Below, in pieces: positions 20,298 to 21,783 of a stretch of DNA of 21,783 nt. How positions within the stretch are numbered: position 1 is the stretch's first letter; every line of letters starts with the position of its first letter. Under the pieces are notes generated by a model that did not search any database, was not told the origin of the DNA, and worked only from the letters and a program-made list of their open reading frames with translations. The DNA is from a virus: UHGV virus genome UHGV-0017033, one strand, 5' to 3'. The position numbers were made by a program, and so were the translations under genes.

Positions 20298-20388
20298 AGA
20301 TTTCACATCTAATGTGACCAAACTTAGACAAAACAAAGCCTTGTCTGGATTGCAAAGCTTTGTACTATCCGATAGTGGTTAAGGTTGG

Positions 20389-21546
20389 TCACTCCACCTT
20401 TTCATCAATCCAATCCGCCCACCATTGCATCATTTCTCTGCGCTTTTCTAGATACTGAGCATGGTTGTAAATCCCACGCACAGATCCGCCGTTGGCATGT
20501 GCCAGTTGCACTTCAATAGCGTCAGCAGGCCATTCGTGCTCGTTCATAATTGTGCTGAATTCATGCCTGAATCCGTGACCGCTTTCCAGACCCTCATAGC
20601 CGATTTGTTTGATCACAAGTAGCACCGCGTTCTCGCAGATTGGCTTCTTCTTATCGTTGCGTCCGGCAAAAACAAACTCTGATACTGGTTTGGTGATGGA
20701 GCTTAGCGTAGTGAGAAGTTCAACCACCTGGTCTGACATCGGGACCACATGAATTTTGCGTCCCTTCATCACACTGGCGTCGATGGTGATAATCCTGTTT
20801 TCAAAATCGACGTTCTTCCATAGCATGGAACGAAGCTCTTTCGTTCTTAGGGCTGTGTAGCGTAAAACTTTGGTCGCAATGAGCGATACGATGCTTCCTG
20901 AAAATGTTGCCAGTGCTTTGTTGAATGCAGGGATCTGGTCTGCAGGAAGAAACGGGAAGTTCTTCTTGCGGTATCCTTTCATGGCGTCAGCAAGGTCAGG
21001 TGCCGGGTTATATTTAGCCCTGCCGGTGACAATAGCGTAACGGAAAACCTCGCCGCATCTTCTGCGGGCTTTATTGGCTCGTTCCATTGCACCGCGATCT
21101 TCAAATCTGCGGATTACTTCCAGCAGTTGCATCGGCTCAATATCCTGAATTTCAAGGCCGCCGATGATAGGTAAAATGTCGTCATCAAACATTTTTGCAA
21201 GTTCAGTCGCATACCCTACTGACCATACTTGCTTCTTGTGCTCGTACCATTCCTTGTAAATCGCACTAAAGGAATTGTTGTTAGACGAAGCCTTTTTCGC
21301 CTTTACCGGATCGATGCCAACCGAGATGTCTTTCCTCGCAGTCCATGCCTTATCCCTTGCCTCCTGCAAAGTCATTAGCGGATATTTTCCTACGGTCAGG
21401 ATTTTCTCCTTACCGTCAATCTTGTAGCGAAGCTGCCATACCTTTTTCCCGGATACAGGGACATAAAGGTACAGGCCATTACCATCGAGAAGGCGGTATG
21501 GTTTTTCTTTCGGCTTTGCTGCTTCAATCTGCTTAACGGTGAGCAT
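20389..21546 (-). CDS. int: Tyrosine site-specific integrase (argW-associated IntS/Sf6-type)
   Basis: Translation from the ATG at 21546 (MLTVKQIEAAKPKEKPYRLLDGNGLYLYVPVSGKKVWQLRY...) has an integrase N-terminal arm-binding domain and a C-terminal catalytic region with HGFRHEF and a downstream RGIY-type tyrosine motif. Same strand as, and directly downstream of, tRNA-Arg. The track ORF extends to a GTG at 21582. Confidence 0.9.
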   Translation of the reverse strand: MLTVKQIEAAKPKEKPYRLLDGNGLYLYVPVSGKKVWQLRYKIDGKEKILTVGKYPLMTLQEARDKAWTARKDISVGIDPVKAKKASSNNNSFSAIYKEWYEHKKQVWSVGYATELAKMFDDDILPIIGGLEIQDIEPMQLLEVIRRFEDRGAMERANKARRRCGEVFRYAIVTGRAKYNPAPDLADAMKGYRKKNFPFLPADQIPAFNKALATFSGSIVSLIATKVLRYTALRTKELRSMLWKNVDFENRIITIDASVMKGRKIHVVPMSDQVVELLTTLSSITKPVSEFVFAGRNDKKKPICENAVLLVIKQIGYEGLESGHGFRHEFSTIMNEHEWPADAIEVQLAHANGGSVRGIYNHAQYLEKRREMMQWWADWIDEKVE

Positions 21547-21707
21547 GGGTAAAAATCCGGTGGGTAAAATTATTTTATCCACTTTTTACCCGTCATGGAG
21601 TGCGGCTGTCAACGATCTGAAGCGAACCATGGCGAACTGTGAATCTACGGAAGGCTTGATATTAAGGGGATTTTGCGGACTGGTACGGATGGGAGCGAAC
21701 TGATAAA

Positions 21708-21782
21708 TGGTGTCCCCTGCAGGAATCGAACCTGCAATTAGCCCTTAGGAGGGGCTCGTTATATCCATTTAACTAAGAGGAC
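21708..21782 (-). tRNA. argW: tRNA-Arg (anticodon CCU), complete 75-nt gene with encoded CCA; argW-type phage attachment target
   Basis: Minus-strand sequence GTCCTCTTAGTTAAATGGATATAACGAGCCCCTCCTAAGGGCTAATTGCAGGTTCGATTCCTGCAGGGGACACCA folds as a cloverleaf (acceptor GTCCTCT/AGGGGAC, anticodon stem with CU-CCT-AA loop, T-loop GGTTCGATTCC) and matches E. coli argW as I recall it. Confidence 0.93.
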
Positions 21783-21783
21783 A

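Larger units (their letters stand above)
1..21707. mobile_element. P22-like (Lederbergvirus-type) prophage, late/virion half plus immI region and integrase, abutting a tRNA-Arg gene
   Basis: Uninterrupted P22 late-operon gene order (small terminase, large terminase, portal, scaffold, coat, gp4, gp10, gp26, gp14, gp7, gp20, gp16, mnt-arc-ant, tailspike) recognised from translated ORFs; integrase next to a complete tRNA-Arg. The other prophage end is not in the window. Confidence 0.85.

Noticed and set aside
20298-20388. O-antigen conversion genes (gtrABC or oac) between tailspike and integrase
   Set aside because: Only 91 bp separate the two stop codons, and no ORF or glycosyltransferase/acyltransferase-like translation is present in any frame.
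21708-21782. tRNA-Arg as a phage-encoded accessory tRNA
   Set aside because: The sequence matches the host argW gene as I recall it and sits directly upstream of, and on the same strand as, the integrase: the standard arrangement for a host tRNA integration target, not a phage tRNA cluster.
1-21783. CRISPR arrays, rRNA genes, transposases or IS elements
   Set aside because: No regularly spaced direct repeats, no rRNA-like sequence, and no transposase-like translation were seen anywhere in the window; the only mobile-element genes are the HNH endonuclease and the integrase.

Overview
This window is the late (virion) half of a P22-like (Lederbergvirus-type) podovirus prophage, ending at its integrase and a complete tRNA-Arg(CCU) gene (argW-type integration site). 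All identifications come from reading the translations and DNA against remembered protein families; no searches were run. Plus-strand order: two small phage ORFs, small terminase (with a P22-type pac site inside it), large terminase, portal, scaffold, coat, head-completion and tail-accessory proteins, tail needle, three ejection proteins, the immI module (mnt, arc, ant with their operators) and a tailspike, followed by a minus-strand tyrosine integrase and the tRNA. The things most worth a second look are: (1) two divergent small genes in the slot where P22 carries sieA, a GTG-initiated membrane-anchored coiled-coil protein in an AT-rich islet and a PEGA-like lipoprotein, which are candidate superinfection-exclusion or conversion functions; (2) a free-standing HNH endonuclease filling the scaffold-coat intergenic space on the opposite strand; (3) a mosaic tailspike with a conserved head-binding N-terminus and an AT-rich, unrecognised receptor-binding body. 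No CRISPR array, rRNA or transposase was seen.
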